Positions 61,013 to 64,000 of a stretch of 64,000 nt of DNA are shown piece by piece. The notes under the pieces were generated by a model. It was not told where the DNA came from. It worked only from the letters and a program-made list of their open reading frames with translations, and did not search any database. Origin of the DNA: a virus; the IMG/VR virus record IMGVR_UViG_3300001533_002564, positions 40,189 to 104,188 of that record. One strand, 5' to 3'. The position numbers and the translations under genes were made by a program. Positions within the stretch are counted from its first letter, which is position 1. Each line of letters opens with the position of its first letter.

Positions 61013-62035
61013 ATGAAAATATGGACGAATGAAGAAAAAGAATTTTTAACCAATTATTTTTCAATAAGTGGAACTAATTTTTGTATAAATGAACTAAATA
61101 GGAGTTGGTCATCGGTTATTGGAATGGCTACTAAATTAGGATTAAAAGCAAAAAAATCTAATTCATATACTAATAATGAATTAGATTTTTTAATAAGAAA
61201 TTATTCATCTCATGGTGTTGAATATTGTATGAATTATTTAGGAAGAACAAAACAAGGAATATGTGCGAAAGCACATAAATTAAATTTATATGTTGATGAT
61301 AATACTAAATCACAAAATATTAGTGAGAAAAGGAAAATTAATAACTATAAAAAATATGATGTTAATAATATAATTAATATTAATGATAAATATGTTATTT
61401 ATTTTTTAGGTTATTTGTGGGCAGATGGTAATTTAAATAAAACAAATTCATATTTAACATCAATTAATTTAATTAAAGATGATGCTGAGTTTTTGTATGA
61501 AATAATTAATTTATTTAGTTCTGGGTGGACAATTGGTGGTGAAATAAAAAAATATTGGAAAAACGATAAAGGTAAAATCAAACAAGCAAAAAATCAAAGA
61601 ACAATACGATGTTATTCACAAGAATTATATAAATTTTTATCCGAAAATGATTATAAAAATAAATCTGATGTTAATTTTTATAAAATTTGGAATAAATTTC
61701 CAAATAAATTTAAGTCATATTTTTTGTTAGGCTTATTTGATGGTGATGGTCATTTTAATTATCAATTTAGAAAAAACAAATATCATTCTGGAGAATTTGT
61801 AGTTAGTGGTTTATATAATTATGATTGGAGTATTTTAGAAAATTATTTTAATAATAATAATATTAAATATTCAATATATAGACTTAATGTTAAATTAGGT
61901 CAAGTATCAAGAATTATAGTAAGAAAGAAAGAATCATTAATTATATTATTTGATTTACTTTATCCTAATGAATTTCATGGTTTAGAAAGAAAATATTTAA
62001 AATTTTTAAAATATTATGAAAAAACGAAAAAATAA
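61013..62035 (+). CDS. Free-standing LAGLIDADG homing endonuclease with N-terminal Myb-like repeats
   Basis: WTNEEKEFL / YTNNELDFL repeats; YFLGYLWADG and FLLGLFDGDG; late motif at 60988. Confidence 0.87.
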   Translation: MKIWTNEEKEFLTNYFSISGTNFCINELNRSWSSVIGMATKLGLKAKKSNSYTNNELDFLIRNYSSHGVEYCMNYLGRTKQGICAKAHKLNLYVDDNTKSQNISEKRKINNYKKYDVNNIININDKYVIYFLGYLWADGNLNKTNSYLTSINLIKDDAEFLYEIINLFSSGWTIGGEIKKYWKNDKGKIKQAKNQRTIRCYSQELYKFLSENDYKNKSDVNFYKIWNKFPNKFKSYFLLGLFDGDGHFNYQFRKNKYHSGEFVVSGLYNYDWSILENYFNNNNIKYSIYRLNVKLGQVSRIIVRKKESLIILFDLLYPNEFHGLERKYLKFLKYYEKTKK

Positions 62036-63644
62036 AATTGTTGTAATATTTTCATCACATTTAGGTGATGAGAAAAATAATAAATTTATTAATCATATAC
62101 ATGAGACAATTGGGGTAAAACATGATGTTGTTTGTTACACGAATTATAATCAATATAGTCTTACTGAAATATATAATGATGCAATTGATAAATATAATAA
62201 TGAAAATGTAATTATGGTATTTTGTCATCCAGATATAATAATAAAAACAAAAAATTGGGGTAAGATTTTATTAATAAAATTTAATAGTACTTATTTAGAT
62301 ATAATTGGTGTTGCTGGAAGCACGTTTCTACCTGAATCAGGTACGTGGTGGGAAGACCGAAGTAAAATGTGTGGTATTGTTGAACATACAAATGAAATAA
62401 ATACTTGGGTTAATGAATATAGTCCAGAAATTCGTGGAATTAAGGAAGTAGTTATAATTGACGGATTATTTATGGCAGTTGATTGTAATAAGATTGTTCA
62501 TAAATTTGATATAAATTATAAGGGATTTCATTTTTATGAGATTTCAATGGTAGTTCCTAATTATCTGGATGGTTGTAATATAGGAGTAAGTACTTCAATA
62601 AGAATTTTACATAAGTCCGTTGGTCAAACTAATCAAGAATGGGAAAATAATAGACAGCAATTTGCAAAACAATATGCTGATGAACTTCCAATAAAACATG
62701 TTAGTGAAGATAAATTAAAGGTGTTAATCTGTTGTCAATTCTTTAAAAATTATACTGGTTCTGAAGTCAGTAATTATGAATTATCAAAGGAATTAGTTAA
62801 ATTAGGTTGTGATGTTACAATTATTTCATCAATGATAGGTGAACCATTATTAAGTAAAGCACAAAAAAATGGTGTTAAAGTTTATGGATTTAATAATTTA
62901 CCTAATCATAAATTAGTTGATGGAAAATTTAATTTTTATCAAAATGAAGTTGATTTTGATATTATTCATATTAATCATAAACCAATTGGTGAAATAATAT
63001 TACAACTTTATCCAAATACACCTGCTGTAATGCATGTTAGAAGTGAAGTAATACCAAGATTTGAAGAACCAATTATTAATCCAGTAATTAAACGTTATAT
63101 TAGTATTAGAGAAAGTATTACCGAATATATTAAGACATTTGGAATTGCTGATAATAAAATTATTGAAATTGACAATCCTTTTGACTCAACACGTTTTAAT
63201 ACTGATTATAAACCAGTAAAAAATAAAAAAGAAATTATATTATTTATTGGAACATTGGATTATTTACGGGAAATGATTTTACATGATTTAGCCAAAATGG
63301 TTAGAGAAAATAATCAAGAACTCTGGATTATCGGTGCTGATAATGGTGGGTATTCTGGTGAATTTACAAATCAGGAAAATATAAAATATCTTGGTGTTAA
63401 ATCAAATGTTGAAGATTATATTAAAAAATGTGATTATACTGCTGGTATTTTTAAAGGTAGAACAACAATTGAAGGATTTCTATGTGGAAAAAAAGGTTGG
63501 ATATATTATGTTGATAAAGACGGTAAGATTTTAGATAAAAAATTAACAGATGTTCCAGAAGATATTGAAAAATATAAATCGGAGTTTTCAGCAAACCAAG
63601 TATTTAAATTATATAATGATGTACTTGACGAAACTTGGTTATGA
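62016..63644 (+). CDS. Two-domain glycosyltransferase (GT-A + GT-B)
   Basis: YN.AI...VFCHPDI, IIGVAG, DGLFMA, GFHFY; then YTGSE...ELSKEL...G.DV, FIG, GRTTIEG. Confidence 0.82.
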   Translation: MKKRKNKIVVIFSSHLGDEKNNKFINHIHETIGVKHDVVCYTNYNQYSLTEIYNDAIDKYNNENVIMVFCHPDIIIKTKNWGKILLIKFNSTYLDIIGVAGSTFLPESGTWWEDRSKMCGIVEHTNEINTWVNEYSPEIRGIKEVVIIDGLFMAVDCNKIVHKFDINYKGFHFYEISMVVPNYLDGCNIGVSTSIRILHKSVGQTNQEWENNRQQFAKQYADELPIKHVSEDKLKVLICCQFFKNYTGSEVSNYELSKELVKLGCDVTIISSMIGEPLLSKAQKNGVKVYGFNNLPNHKLVDGKFNFYQNEVDFDIIHINHKPIGEIILQLYPNTPAVMHVRSEVIPRFEEPIINPVIKRYISIRESITEYIKTFGIADNKIIEIDNPFDSTRFNTDYKPVKNKKEIILFIGTLDYLREMILHDLAKMVRENNQELWIIGADNGGYSGEFTNQENIKYLGVKSNVEDYIKKCDYTAGIFKGRTTIEGFLCGKKGWIYYVDKDGKILDKKLTDVPEDIEKYKSEFSANQVFKLYNDVLDETWL

Positions 63645-64000
63645 AAAGTAAGAAACGTAATGTAAAAAAAATAATAAAAAAAAGAATTGAATTACAACAA
63701 ACAAAAATGGGTATAAGAGACAAAATAAGAATATCTAGAACTCCACCAAGACCAATGCCTGTTGATTTAGTAAGTAGAAGTGAAATAAGGAGTAATATAG
63801 TTGTTATTGGTAAAAAAACCCTACCTTTACCAGAAGAAAGAAAACCAATAAGTATTATTATTACTGCATATAAATCAGAAGAATTTATTGAAGAAACATT
63901 AGATTCAATTGAAAACCAAACATATTTCATTAATAATGACAATTATGAGGTGTTAATTGGGGTTGATGCATGCGAAGAAACCTTACAAAAAATACTTGAA
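63641..64000 (+). CDS. Glycosyltransferase family 2 (partial, runs off the window)
   Basis: ATGA overlap; ISIIITAYKSEEFIEETLDSIENQTY...EVLIGVDAC. Confidence 0.8.
   Translation, partial: MKSKKRNVKKIIKKRIELQQTKMGIRDKIRISRTPPRPMPVDLVSRSEIRSNIVVIGKKTLPLPEERKPISIIITAYKSEEFIEETLDSIENQTYFINNDNYEVLIGVDACEETLQKILE

Noticed and set aside
2331-63942. Short shadow ORFs in the track (e.g. 2331-2609, 6211-6510, 15087-15515, 40486-40860, 49431-49796, 63604-63942)
   Set aside because: They are antisense or off-frame to well-supported genes, with no motifs or promoters.
1-64000. tRNA, rRNA, CRISPR array, integrase or IS element
   Set aside because: No cloverleaf/T-loop motifs, regularly spaced repeats or recombinase/transposase motifs were seen by eye.

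Overview
A 64 kb, very AT-rich segment of a large T4-like (myovirus, probably jumbo) phage genome. TTG-N18-20-TAnnTTTG promoters, A-rich leaders without Shine-Dalgarno sites and a CEEE-type lipoprotein point to a Bacteroidota host. The window holds most of the virion module: terminase, portal, prohead protease, scaffold, major capsid, neck, tail terminator, sheath, tube, tail chaperone, tape measure and baseplate genes. Minus-strand blocks are interleaved with it, carrying an SF1 helicase, ThyX, dUTPase, PhoH, a gp55-like sigma factor and glycosyltransferases. About 11 homing-endonuclease (HEN) genes or relics are present. Main findings: (1) HEN cassettes sit inside host genes and supply a diverged replacement copy of the displaced gene end, leaving the old end as a relic next to a late-promoter motif (clear at 25858-27071 and 60856-62153). 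(2) The terminase is fractured by an atypically split AceL-TerL-type intein whose short N-part is fused in frame to a Vsr-like endonuclease. (3) A Mom-like DNA-modification domain is fused to a GIY-YIG nuclease behind a host-type promoter. (4) A likely -1 frameshift lies in the tail chaperone gene. (5) The late-promoter motif GTATTTAT is the reverse complement of the T4 late promoter. (6) GATC and CCWGG appear to be avoided. No tRNA, rRNA or CRISPR array was seen. All assignments come from motif recognition by eye; no database searches were run.
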